64,000 nucleotides of DNA from Acidobacteriota bacterium (GTDB lineage: Bacteria > Acidobacteriota > UBA890 > WLXD01): NCBI GenBank assembly GCA_963666215.2, contig CAXWPL010000003.1, forward strand, positions 160,001 to 224,000. The letters are read 5' to 3'. Shown piece by piece: positions 45,973-55,054 of the stretch (position 1 is its first letter; each line of letters opens with the position of its first letter). The notes beneath the pieces are model-generated. The model did not search any database. It saw only the letters and a list, made by a program, of their open reading frames with translations, and was not told the DNA's origin. The translations under genes were made by a program, and so were the position numbers.

Positions 45973-46494
45973 ATGAGCACGGCGCAAGGATCCGCGGACG
46001 CAAACCGACCGACCCAAGGCACGTACATGATCAGTGCCGTGGCTGAGCTCTACGACATCCATCCGCAGACACTGAGGATGTACGAGCGCGAGGGCCTGCT
46101 ACAGCCGTCGCGCTCGCGCGGAAACACACGCCTCTACTCAGACGAGGACTTGCAGCGTCTCGAGGTCATTCTTTCGCTCACCCGCGATCTGGGGGTGAAC
46201 CTGGCCGGAGTTGAGGTCATCTTGAACATGCGCAGGAACATGGCGCGGCTGCAAGCTGAGGTCGGCGATTTGATGCGTTTCGTTCGCGATGATCTCCTCG
46301 ACGGCCGCGATCAGCTACGCGGCCGATTCGACCGTGCCTTGGTGCGCACGTCGCCGGGAACCCTGGTTCCAGTGGTCGTGCAGGTTCGACGCGTTCAACG
46401 TGTTCAGGCTTCTCGAAGAGCCCCGCAGGTCCGGAAAGCACCGCCGGTGCCGGCCGTTTCCGAGGACGATCGTGGCCGAACAAGCGACTCGTAA
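45973..46494 (+). CDS. hspR: MerR-family heat-shock repressor HspR
   Basis: YMISAVAELYDIHPQTLRMYEREGLL, LTRDLGVNLAGV. Confidence 0.9.
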   Translation: MSTAQGSADANRPTQGTYMISAVAELYDIHPQTLRMYEREGLLQPSRSRGNTRLYSDEDLQRLEVILSLTRDLGVNLAGVEVILNMRRNMARLQAEVGDLMRFVRDDLLDGRDQLRGRFDRALVRTSPGTLVPVVVQVRRVQRVQASRRAPQVRKAPPVPAVSEDDRGRTSDS

Positions 46495-47278
46495 CCCCGA
46501 GACGTCCGCCCCGTGCCCACGCTGCAGCGGCAGCGGCTGGGCGCCGGTCGACGGACAGGGACAGCCGGTCAATCGCGTCGAGCCCTGCGAATGCAGGCAG
46601 CAAGAACGCAGAAAGCGTCTGATGGAGGCCGCTGGACTCCCCAGGCGCTACATGGATTGCACCCTCGAGAGCTTCGAGATCGACGTCCCCTCGCCCAATG
46701 AATCGCTGGCCGGCGCTCGACTGATCGCCCAGCGCTTCGTGGAGAGCTACACGGAATCGCGTACTGGGTTGATCTTCATCGGCCCGCCAGGTGTCGGTAA
46801 GACCCACCTGGCAACCGCGGTGCTACGAGCGCTGATCGATACCCACGACGTACGCGGCGTGTTCGTTGACTATCGAGACCTGTTCCTCGACTTGCAGGAC
46901 ACGTTCAGACGCGACTCCGACGTCAGCACAGGACAGGTGCTCGAGCGGCTGCTCAGCGCCGAAGTGTTGCTGATCGACGATCTCGGCTCGCGCCGCCACT
47001 CAGCCTGGGCTCAAGACGCAATCTCCGACGTCCTCGACGATCGCTACAAAGACGAGCGCACCACACTCATCACCACGAACTTTCCCAACACCACTCAACC
47101 GTCGACCGACAGCACGCCGCGTGGCCGCTTGAGCGGTGGCGACCGGCCGAAAACCAAAGACCCTGTCGTGACGCTGGCCGAAAGGGTCGGCCCACGTCTC
47201 AGCAGCCGGCTCTTTCAGATGTGCCGGCCAGTCTTCATGAAGGCGCCCGATTTCCGCCCAATCGCGGCACACGGCTAA
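46472..47278 (+). CDS. DnaC/DnaI/IstB-like AAA+ ATPase with N-terminal Cys motif
   Basis: GTG 46472 after GAGGA; CPRC...CEC; GPPGVGKTHLA, LLIDDLG, TLITTN, RLSSRLFQMC. Confidence 0.85.
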   Translation: MAEQATRNPETSAPCPRCSGSGWAPVDGQGQPVNRVEPCECRQQERRKRLMEAAGLPRRYMDCTLESFEIDVPSPNESLAGARLIAQRFVESYTESRTGLIFIGPPGVGKTHLATAVLRALIDTHDVRGVFVDYRDLFLDLQDTFRRDSDVSTGQVLERLLSAEVLLIDDLGSRRHSAWAQDAISDVLDDRYKDERTTLITTNFPNTTQPSTDSTPRGRLSGGDRPKTKDPVVTLAERVGPRLSSRLFQMCRPVFMKAPDFRPIAAHG

Positions 47279-47301
47279 CAGCCGTCGGAGCGAACGACCG
47301 A

Positions 47302-48090
47302 CTAACCCAGGTCGCCCCAGCAGTGCTGCAAAATCGATAGCGCCACCACACCAACGCTGTCGGCGCGCAGAATGCGGGGCCCCAGACTGACGCGCTGGGT
47401 TTGACGCTCTTGGGCACGCTCGAGATCCTCCGGCGACCAGCCGCCCTCGGGCCCGACAATCAACGTCGCCGCCAGCGGTGCCTCGCCCTCGAGGACCTCG
47501 CGCAAGGGAGAAGAGCCAGAGTCGGGATGCAGCAAGAGCCGCGGCCGCGGTAACCGCTCCCATGGCAGGTTGGCCCATTCAACCGGCTCGAGGACGTCGG
47601 GGACCATCAGGCGGCCGCACTGCTTGGCGGCGGTCTCGGCAATGCGGCGCCAGCGCTCGAGGCGCTGCTCCGACGAGCTCTCCTCGTCCATCGAGCTGCC
47701 GCGTGACGTCAACAAGGGCGCAATGCGTGCAACACCGAGCTCGGTGGCTAGCCGAACGACCGTGTCGAAGCGACGTGCCCGACGAGGCACCGCCTGCAAC
47801 AGCGCAACACTGAGGCGAGCATCGGAAACTGGCTCCTGCTCGCCACTGACTCTGCGCGCGTCGACGGCCGCGCCTCCGGCTCGACTGAGCCGTGCCAACC
47901 GCGCCTTCACTTCGCTACCGGCGCCGTCGAAGAGGTGCACCGTATCGCCGGGACGTAACCGCAGCACGAGCATGTGCCGCGCTTCACGCGGCGTGATCGG
48001 GATCGGCTCCTTGTCGAGAGCTCCAGGGACTACGCGGAAGCGCTGCCGCGGGGGCGTTCGCCGGGCACCACGCTTCACCACGCCGTACAC
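47302..48090 (-). CDS. rsmE: 16S rRNA m3U1498 methyltransferase
   Basis: HMLVLRL, ATELGV, AAKQCGR, VGPEGGW, LGPRILRA. Confidence 0.92.
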   Translation of the reverse strand: MYGVVKRGARRTPPRQRFRVVPGALDKEPIPITPREARHMLVLRLRPGDTVHLFDGAGSEVKARLARLSRAGGAAVDARRVSGEQEPVSDARLSVALLQAVPRRARRFDTVVRLATELGVARIAPLLTSRGSSMDEESSSEQRLERWRRIAETAAKQCGRLMVPDVLEPVEWANLPWERLPRPRLLLHPDSGSSPLREVLEGEAPLAATLIVGPEGGWSPEDLERAQERQTQRVSLGPRILRADSVGVVALSILQHCWGDLG

Positions 48091-48093
48091 GCG

Positions 48094-49209
48094 CTAGCCG
48101 AGGGCATCGCGCAACCGGTCCCACCACGACGGAGTTTCGTCATCGTACGAAGCATCCGGAAGGAGCTCTGCGAGCTCCTCGAGGATCTCCTGTTCGCGCT
48201 CACCCAGTCGGCGCGGCACCGCGACTTGAACAGCCACCCTCAAGTCTCCGCGGCGGCCGCCGTTGACGCTCGGCATGCCACGTCCGGCGACATCGACAAT
48301 GGTCCCGGGCTGCGCGCCGCGAGGAATCGTCACGCGCGCGGGCTCACCATCGAGCGTCACCACCTCCACGTCGCCTCCGAGAGCCATGGTCGGAAAGCTC
48401 ACCGGCACCTGCGTGAAGAGGTCTCTGTCGCGGCGCACGAATCGGGCGTGGTCTCGGACACCAATCAAAACGGACAGATCGCCCGCCGGCCCACCGCGCC
48501 GGCCCGCCTCACCTTCGCCGCGCAGTAGGAGTCGCATGCCGCTATCTACTCCTGGCGGCACTTTGATCTTGAGCTTGGCGCGCTCACCCACGCGGCCTAC
48601 GCCACCGCAGCGCTCGCACGGATCACTAACCACACTCCCCTCGCCGTCGCATGCCCGGCAGGCCACGGCAATCGTGAGGAAGCCGTGTCGCTGATGCACC
48701 TGCCCGCTGCCGCCGCACTGCGTGCAGCCCGTCGGCGCCGCGGCGCTCGCCGAACCGGTGGCGTTGCATTCGGCGCAGGCTCGCTTGCGCGGGATCTTGA
48801 TCTCGATCTCGTCACCGCGAACGGCCTGCTCGAGGTCAATGTCGAGCCGATACTGCAAGCTCGAGCCGGCCTGCGGGCCTCCGCGCGTCCGCCGTCCCCT
48901 GCCGCCGACGTCGAACCCGAAAAACCCGCCGAGAATGTCGGAGAAGTCGGCAAACAGATCACCCTCGAAATTGGGGCGAACACCGCGAACACCGTCGGCT
49001 CCGAATCGGTCGTAGCGGCTACGCCGCTCCGGGTCGGCGAGCACCGAGTAGGCTTCCGCCGCTTCCTTGAAGTTGTCCTCGGCCTCGCTGTCGCCTGGAT
49101 TACGGTCGGGGTGATAACGCAGCGCCGCGGCGCGGTACGCCTTCTTGATCTCGGCCGCCTCGGCGTCACGCCCGACCCCGAGGATCTCGTAGTAGTCGCG
49201 GTTCGCCAC
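48094..49209 (-). CDS. dnaJ: Chaperone DnaJ
   Basis: DYYEILGV, HPDRNP, G/F-rich region, four zinc-finger repeats. Confidence 0.96.
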   Translation of the reverse strand: MANRDYYEILGVGRDAEAAEIKKAYRAAALRYHPDRNPGDSEAEDNFKEAAEAYSVLADPERRSRYDRFGADGVRGVRPNFEGDLFADFSDILGGFFGFDVGGRGRRTRGGPQAGSSLQYRLDIDLEQAVRGDEIEIKIPRKRACAECNATGSASAAAPTGCTQCGGSGQVHQRHGFLTIAVACRACDGEGSVVSDPCERCGGVGRVGERAKLKIKVPPGVDSGMRLLLRGEGEAGRRGGPAGDLSVLIGVRDHARFVRRDRDLFTQVPVSFPTMALGGDVEVVTLDGEPARVTIPRGAQPGTIVDVAGRGMPSVNGGRRGDLRVAVQVAVPRRLGEREQEILEELAELLPDASYDDETPSWWDRLRDALG

Positions 49210-49210
49210 G

Positions 49211-49909
49211 TCAGTCCTCGTCGCTCAGCGACGACTCCGGATCCGCCAGTACCTCGAAACGCGTCGAGCCCGTACCACTGTCGCCGGGCTCGCGGGGCTC
49301 GGCAGCAGGCGCCTTGGCGACCACGACCCGGGCCGGCCGCAGCAGCTGGCCGTCGAGCCGGTAGCCCGCCTGGAGAACGTCCACGATCCGACCGTCGGAC
49401 TGCGGATCATCGGTGCCGACGGTCTCGATCGCCTCGTGCAGATGCGGATCGAAGATCGAACCGAGCGCGTCGAGGCGCTCCACACCGACACGACGAAGTG
49501 CCTCGTGAAGATTGTGCAGCGCCAGATCCAACCCCTCGCGATAGGCGTCGAAGCTGCTCTCCTCCGCCGCGGGTGACAGCGCGCGGGCGAAATCGTCGAT
49601 CGCCGGCAGAAGCTCGCGAAGCATCGCCGCACGGCTCGTCTGCCGCACCTGCTCGCGGTCGCGGGCAACACGTCGACGGAAATTGATCAATTCGGCCTGC
49701 GAGCGCTGCAGCTGGTCGCGCAGCACAGCGATCTGCCCCGTATCTTCAGCGAGGTCGACGCCGGCACTGTCGGATGAGTCGAGCATGTCGGTCTCGTTGA
49801 TCTCGACCGGCTCTGACGATACTGAGCGACGATCGGCCGATCTCGGGTCGAAGTCGCCGTCAGGGTCGTCGGGCGATTTCGAAGTTCCGTTTTTGCGATC
49901 CTCGGTCAT
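49211..49909 (-). CDS. grpE: Nucleotide exchange factor GrpE
   Basis: AELINFRRR, FDPHLHEA, GYRLDGQLLRPARVVV. Confidence 0.95.
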   Translation of the reverse strand: MTEDRKNGTSKSPDDPDGDFDPRSADRRSVSSEPVEINETDMLDSSDSAGVDLAEDTGQIAVLRDQLQRSQAELINFRRRVARDREQVRQTSRAAMLRELLPAIDDFARALSPAAEESSFDAYREGLDLALHNLHEALRRVGVERLDALGSIFDPHLHEAIETVGTDDPQSDGRIVDVLQAGYRLDGQLLRPARVVVAKAPAAEPREPGDSGTGSTRFEVLADPESSLSDED

Positions 49910-49959
49910 CGAAAACTCACGCGGTCACTGATGGTGCTGCGCCGACGCTGGCCCTCAGG

Positions 49960-51060
49960 TCAGCTCCGCAGACGGCCGAAGAGCACCGAAGTAGCGTTGG
50001 CCATCGAGCGCACCAGGCCGATTGTTTCGGCGTAGGCGAGCCGTGTTGGGCCAAGCACGGCGAGTGAGCCCAGCGGCCTGTCCCCGGCGCGGTAACTGGC
50101 GGAGATGAGCGCGCAGCCGCCGAGCTCTTCGGGCAACAATCCGCCACCGATCAAGACACGCGGCTCCGCCTCGCCGACGCTTCTGGACAACACGCGCGAC
50201 AACTGGGTGCGCTCCTCGATCACCTCGAGAACGGCGCGCAGCTCGTGTCGTCGTTCGAGCCCGGGCTGGTCAGCAAGCTGCGCGGTGCCGTGGACGATCA
50301 CGTCATAGCCGCCGGGCTCGGCGGCGATCGCGCGAGCGCCGAGCTCGATCGCGTGCCGCTGAATCTCGTCAACACCGTCGCCGTCGTCGTGACGGTCAAG
50401 ATGGTCAAGACGTTCGCTGGCCTCGATATGCAGCTCGCGCAATCGCCGTGCGACCTCGCTGAGGCTACGCCCGGCGAACCGATTCACCAGATACGAAGAG
50501 GCTCGGTCGAGCAACTCCTGGCTCATGGGCTCGATCATCTGGAAGATCTGGTCGCTCACCCGACCGCTGCGCGACACCACGATCACGAGCACGCGCTTGC
50601 GCTCCAGCGCTACGAAGTCGACGTGCTGAAAAACGGTATCGGCAAAAGCGGGAACAAGAACCACGCCGACGAGGTGCGAGAGCTCAGCCAGTAGATTGCA
50701 CGTGCGTTGCAACAGCTCGGTAACGTCGATCGGTGTGGTTTGCAGGCGCTCACACAGACTGTTCTCGTCGACACCTTGGAAGCGACCTTCCGCGAGCAGA
50801 TAGCGCACGTAGCGATCATAGCCACGCCGCGTGGGCTGACGGCCCGCTGAGGTGTGCGGCTGTTCGAGATAGCCAAGGCGCTCCAGCTCGGCCATGACAT
50901 TGCGTACCGTAGCCGGACTGACGCGCTCGGCCAGGTCGCGACTCGCCGCCGTCGAACCCACCGGCTCACCCGTGAGGATGTAGCGCTCGACAATTGCATC
51001 GAGCACGGCCGCGGCGCGATCCGTCAGCTTTGCCTCGCTTGTCACCGTTGCCGCCTCCAC
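49960..51060 (-). CDS. hrcA: Heat-inducible repressor HrcA
   Basis: YILTGEPVGS, SPATVRNVMAELE, QPHTSAGR, VLGPTR. Confidence 0.95.
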   Translation of the reverse strand: MEAATVTSEAKLTDRAAAVLDAIVERYILTGEPVGSTAASRDLAERVSPATVRNVMAELERLGYLEQPHTSAGRQPTRRGYDRYVRYLLAEGRFQGVDENSLCERLQTTPIDVTELLQRTCNLLAELSHLVGVVLVPAFADTVFQHVDFVALERKRVLVIVVSRSGRVSDQIFQMIEPMSQELLDRASSYLVNRFAGRSLSEVARRLRELHIEASERLDHLDRHDDGDGVDEIQRHAIELGARAIAAEPGGYDVIVHGTAQLADQPGLERRHELRAVLEVIEERTQLSRVLSRSVGEAEPRVLIGGGLLPEELGGCALISASYRAGDRPLGSLAVLGPTRLAYAETIGLVRSMANATSVLFGRLRS

Positions 51061-51167
51061 CTAGAAAAGGAGTGCACTGTTGCGGTGTTGTCCACACACC
51101 AGTGCCATCACCCACAAAAGCCTGGGAACGCCGTTGGAATGGAGCCCGCCCACGATTCCACGCGTCG

Positions 51168-51194
51168 TTAGCACTCCACGCCACAGAGTGCTAA
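51168..51194. promoter_or_regulatory. CIRCE element
   Basis: Perfect TTAGCACTC-N9-GAGTGCTAA upstream of hrcA. Confidence 0.95.
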
Positions 51195-51389
51195 TGCACA
51201 TGGAACCATCCGCCGTGCCTTCGGTCAAGACGATGTGCTCGCGGGCCTGAATTGTCACCTGAATTGTGCCATGAACTCTCCACAGGCCAGCTGTTACAAT
51301 CGCCCACAGCCGCTACCGGCCCGGTTTCAAGGCCAAGCGCTGCTTCTCCTCCGCTGCCGTCAGATCGACGCAGGGGCCTCCCGGACCGG

Positions 51390-53813
51390 ATGATCGAACA
51401 CGCGCTGCACGCCTCCCGTCGCTATCTGCTGCCCGCACTGCGCTTCCGGCCGCTGTGGATGGCTCTCGGCGGCAGCACGGCGCTCGGGCTTGTTACCGGC
51501 TGGCTGATCGCCTACACGCCCGAAGCCGAGATCGTCGACGCGCTGCGCGACTATCACCCGAGTGTCATCACGCGGATCCACGACGATCGAGAACTGCCGT
51601 TCGCCGAGTGGTCCCTCGAGCGCCGCGAGCTGTTCGGCTTCGAAGATATCCCGGAGGTGATGGTCAACGCGGTGATCTCGATCGAGGACTCTCGCTTCTT
51701 CAGTCATGTCGGGATCGATCCCTGGGCGGTTTTCCGCTCGGCTCTCGCCGACCTGCGATGTGGGTATTTTTGCGAGGGGTTTTCGACCATCACGATGCAG
51801 ATCCCGCGCAACCTCGACCTTCGCCTCGGCGGCGACACCTGGCTGCCCAAGAACAAGACCCTCGAGCGCAAGGTGCGCGAGGCGATCTACGCCATCCAGA
51901 TCGAGCGGCACTACCCGAAAGAACAGATCTTCGCGTTCTACGCCAACCAGATCTACATGGGGTACAACACGTACGGGTTCCAGGCCGCGGCGAGGTACTA
52001 CTTCGGCAAAACGATCGCTGAGGTCGACCTGCCGGAGGCGGCCATGCTCGCCGGCATCATTCAGCGTCCAGCCGACTACAACCCCCATCTGCATCCCGAG
52101 GCGGCACTGCACCGACGCAACACCGTGCTCGACCGCATGCACGCCGAAGGCTACGTCAGCGACGACGAGCTCGCGGAGGCGAAGGCCACTCCGATCAACC
52201 TCGGCGAAGCCAGTCCCGATCGCGACATCGCCGCGTACTTCAAGGAAGAGATCCGCAAGCAGCTCATCCAGCTGTACGGCACCAACGGGATCTACCGCTC
52301 GGGACTCGAGGTCTACACCACGCTCGACCGCGAGCTGCAGATCGCAGCAGAGACCTCCCTGGATTGGGGCCTCAGAGAGATCGACAAGCGCCAGGGTTGG
52401 CGCGGCGACCAGCGCAACTTGCGCTCGGAGGGGCTCGATCCGGAGACCTTCAGTGACCCGCGCTGGAGATTCGCCTTGAGCGCCGGAGACATCGTCCCCG
52501 CGGTTGTGATGCAGGTTTCAACGGCGGCCGCCCGTCTGCGTATCGACGAGGAGATCATCGAGCTCGCCATCGAGGACGCCGGGTGGACCCGAGCTCAGTC
52601 GATGAGCAGCTTGCTGCGTATCGGCGACGTGATCAGCGTCCTGCTGAGCTCAGTGCCGGGCGACGTTTTGGAGGAAACCGGGGAGGCAGCGACCACCTAC
52701 GCTGTGTCGCTCGACCAGGAGCCCCAGGCTCAGGGCGGGATTCTGGTCATCGAGAATCGAACCGGCGAGGTCAAGGCCCTGGTTGGCGGGCGTGATTTCG
52801 ACGAGAGCAAGTTCAACCGTGCTACGCAAGCCGTGCGCCAAACAGGCTCGATCTTCAAGCCCTTCGTTTTCACCGCGTCCTTGCTGCAGGGTCTGACGGC
52901 CGGACACGTGCTGGTGGACCAGCCAACGACGTTCCGCGACCCCACGACACGAGAGCCATACGCACCCCGCAACTTCGGCAACGAGTACGTCGGCGCGACG
53001 ACATCCGCAGAGGCGCTGTCGAAATCGCGCAACGTCTTCACGCTAAAGCTGCAGGAGACGGTGGGCGTCAACAATGTCATCGCAACGGCGCACGCATTCG
53101 GGATTAGCGCCCCCCTGCGTCCCTACCTTGCGCTCGGCCTCGGAGTCATCGACGTCTCTCTGTGGGAAATCGCCCGCGCTTACAGCGTCTTCCCGAACCA
53201 AGGCGTGTTGATCCGGCCGCATCTGTTGCGTCGCGTCTTGGCGCGCGATGGGCGCGAGCTGCTGCGCGAACAGCCGGAAGCCAGCGACGTGCTGGACGCC
53301 GACGTGGCCTATGTGGTGGCCAGGATGATGGTAGCCGGTGTCGAGCGCGGTACGGGAGCGGCCGCGCGCGGCATGGCCCGCGAGCTTCAGCTTCCGCTCG
53401 GAGGCAAATCCGGCACCACCGACGACTACACCGACGCATGGTACGTGGGCTTCTCTCCGTACCATACGGTGGCGGTTTGGGTGGGGCACGACGAGAAGGT
53501 CACGCTGGGGAACCTCGAGACCGGCTCGCGGGCGGCGCTGCCGATCTGGATGCGAGTCATGAGGTCGGCTGAACGCGATGCGCGGCCGACCCGGTTCACC
53601 CGACCCGGCAACGTTGTGCTGCGCACGATCGACCCCTACACAGGCCTGCTGCACGGCCCCTACTGCCAGGAGCGGCTCGAAGTGGGATACCTGGAAGGTA
53701 CCGCGCCAACGCGCACCTGCGGCCAAACCGAACACGCCATCCTCGGGCTGCCGCACTATCAACAGGACTACTTCATCCGCGACGGTCGGATCGAGGGCGG
53801 CGGCAGATACTGA
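51390..53813 (+). CDS. Class A penicillin-binding protein (PBP1A family)
   Basis: EDSRF..H, STITMQ, RKVRE glycosyltransferase motifs; SIFK, SRN, KSGT transpeptidase motifs. Confidence 0.93.
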   Translation: MIEHALHASRRYLLPALRFRPLWMALGGSTALGLVTGWLIAYTPEAEIVDALRDYHPSVITRIHDDRELPFAEWSLERRELFGFEDIPEVMVNAVISIEDSRFFSHVGIDPWAVFRSALADLRCGYFCEGFSTITMQIPRNLDLRLGGDTWLPKNKTLERKVREAIYAIQIERHYPKEQIFAFYANQIYMGYNTYGFQAAARYYFGKTIAEVDLPEAAMLAGIIQRPADYNPHLHPEAALHRRNTVLDRMHAEGYVSDDELAEAKATPINLGEASPDRDIAAYFKEEIRKQLIQLYGTNGIYRSGLEVYTTLDRELQIAAETSLDWGLREIDKRQGWRGDQRNLRSEGLDPETFSDPRWRFALSAGDIVPAVVMQVSTAAARLRIDEEIIELAIEDAGWTRAQSMSSLLRIGDVISVLLSSVPGDVLEETGEAATTYAVSLDQEPQAQGGILVIENRTGEVKALVGGRDFDESKFNRATQAVRQTGSIFKPFVFTASLLQGLTAGHVLVDQPTTFRDPTTREPYAPRNFGNEYVGATTSAEALSKSRNVFTLKLQETVGVNNVIATAHAFGISAPLRPYLALGLGVIDVSLWEIARAYSVFPNQGVLIRPHLLRRVLARDGRELLREQPEASDVLDADVAYVVARMMVAGVERGTGAAARGMARELQLPLGGKSGTTDDYTDAWYVGFSPYHTVAVWVGHDEKVTLGNLETGSRAALPIWMRVMRSAERDARPTRFTRPGNVVLRTIDPYTGLLHGPYCQERLEVGYLEGTAPTRTCGQTEHAILGLPHYQQDYFIRDGRIEGGGRY

Positions 53814-53829
53814 GACCGTCTACAGGATT

Positions 53830-54922
53830 CTAGTCGGCCGCAAATCGCAGATAGCCGTCGATGAACATGCCGAGGTCGCCGTCGAGCACGGAGTCGACGT
53901 TGCCCTTCTCGACCGACGTGCGATGGTCCTTGACCAGCTGATACGGATGCAGCACGTACGAGCGAATCTGCGAGCCAAAGCCGATGTCCATCTTGCCCTT
54001 GTGGAGCGATTGGATGTGCTCGAGTCGCTTACGACGCTCGAGCTCGTAGAGGCGGGCCCGTAGCACCCCCATCGCCTTCGTACGATTTCGGTGCTGTGAG
54101 CGTTCGGCCTGGCATTGCACAACGATATTGGTCGGCAGATGCGTGATACGGACGGCCGAATCGGTGACATTGACATGCTGGCCTCCAGCCCCGCTCGAGC
54201 GGTAGGTGTCGACGCGGAGGTCCTTGTCCTCGATTTCGATCTCGATGTCGTCGTCGATCTCGGGCGACACCGACACCGACGCAAACGAGGTATGTCGACG
54301 GCGAGCGGCGTCGTACGGCGAGATCCGTACCAGTCGATGGACGCCGGCCTCGCCCTTCAGGTAGCCGAAGGCAAACGGTCCATCGATGCGAACGGTCGCG
54401 CTCTTGATGCCTGCTTCCTCGCCCGGAGTTTCGTCGATCACCTCGACGCGGTAATCGCCCGCCTCGGCCCAGCGCTGATACATCCGCAGCAACATCGCCG
54501 CCCAGTCCTGCGATTCGGTGCCGCCGGCGCCCGGGTGGATGTCCACCAACGCGACACGGCCGTCGTCGGGATCCGAAAGGAGCATGCGCGTCTCGAAGGC
54601 GTCGATTTCGGCGCCCAGCGCCTTGACCGCCTCGACGCCCTCGACGTCGGCACCCTCATCGCCTTCGGCGGCGAGCTCCAGCATCGCCTCGGCGTCGTCG
54701 AAGAGAGAATCCAGACGCTCGGCGAGCGCCAGGCGGACCTCGAGGCCGGTGCGCTCACGCATGAGGTCGGTGTCGCCGCCGTCGTCCCAGAAGCCGGGAG
54801 CCGCCATGCGCCGCTCGATCTCGGCTAGGCGCTCGCTGCAGCCGCTCGGGTCAAAGATGACCTCCCAGGGCCTGATAGCGGGATCGCAGATCCTCGAGTG
54901 CCCTTCGCGCGTCTTCGATCAT
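53830..54922 (-). CDS. prfB: Peptide chain release factor 2, programmed +1 frameshift after codon 23
   Basis: MIEDARR...GGHL then GGGAGG-TCAT-CTT-TGA-C (54866-54850); +1 frame DPSGC...FWDD; GGQ motif; SPY at the tripeptide-anticodon position. Confidence 0.96.
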
Positions 54923-55054
54923 CGATTCCTCTGTGATTGGACTCGCCCACCGGCCCGTGCGAGCGTGCGAGTCGGCGGCTCAGGATAGCTCGAAAGCTCG
55001 GTCACCATGCGCGAGATTGTCCGGCCAGGGTTTGGCAGCACTGCCGCCTGCCCA

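Noticed and set aside
46472-47278. IS21 element (IstB)
   Set aside because: No IstA or terminal repeats; the Cys-rich N-terminus fits a DnaI/phage-type loader better
51069-51078. Second CIRCE near the hrcA start (GAGTGCAC)
   Set aside because: Half-site only; no matching arm at N9 spacing
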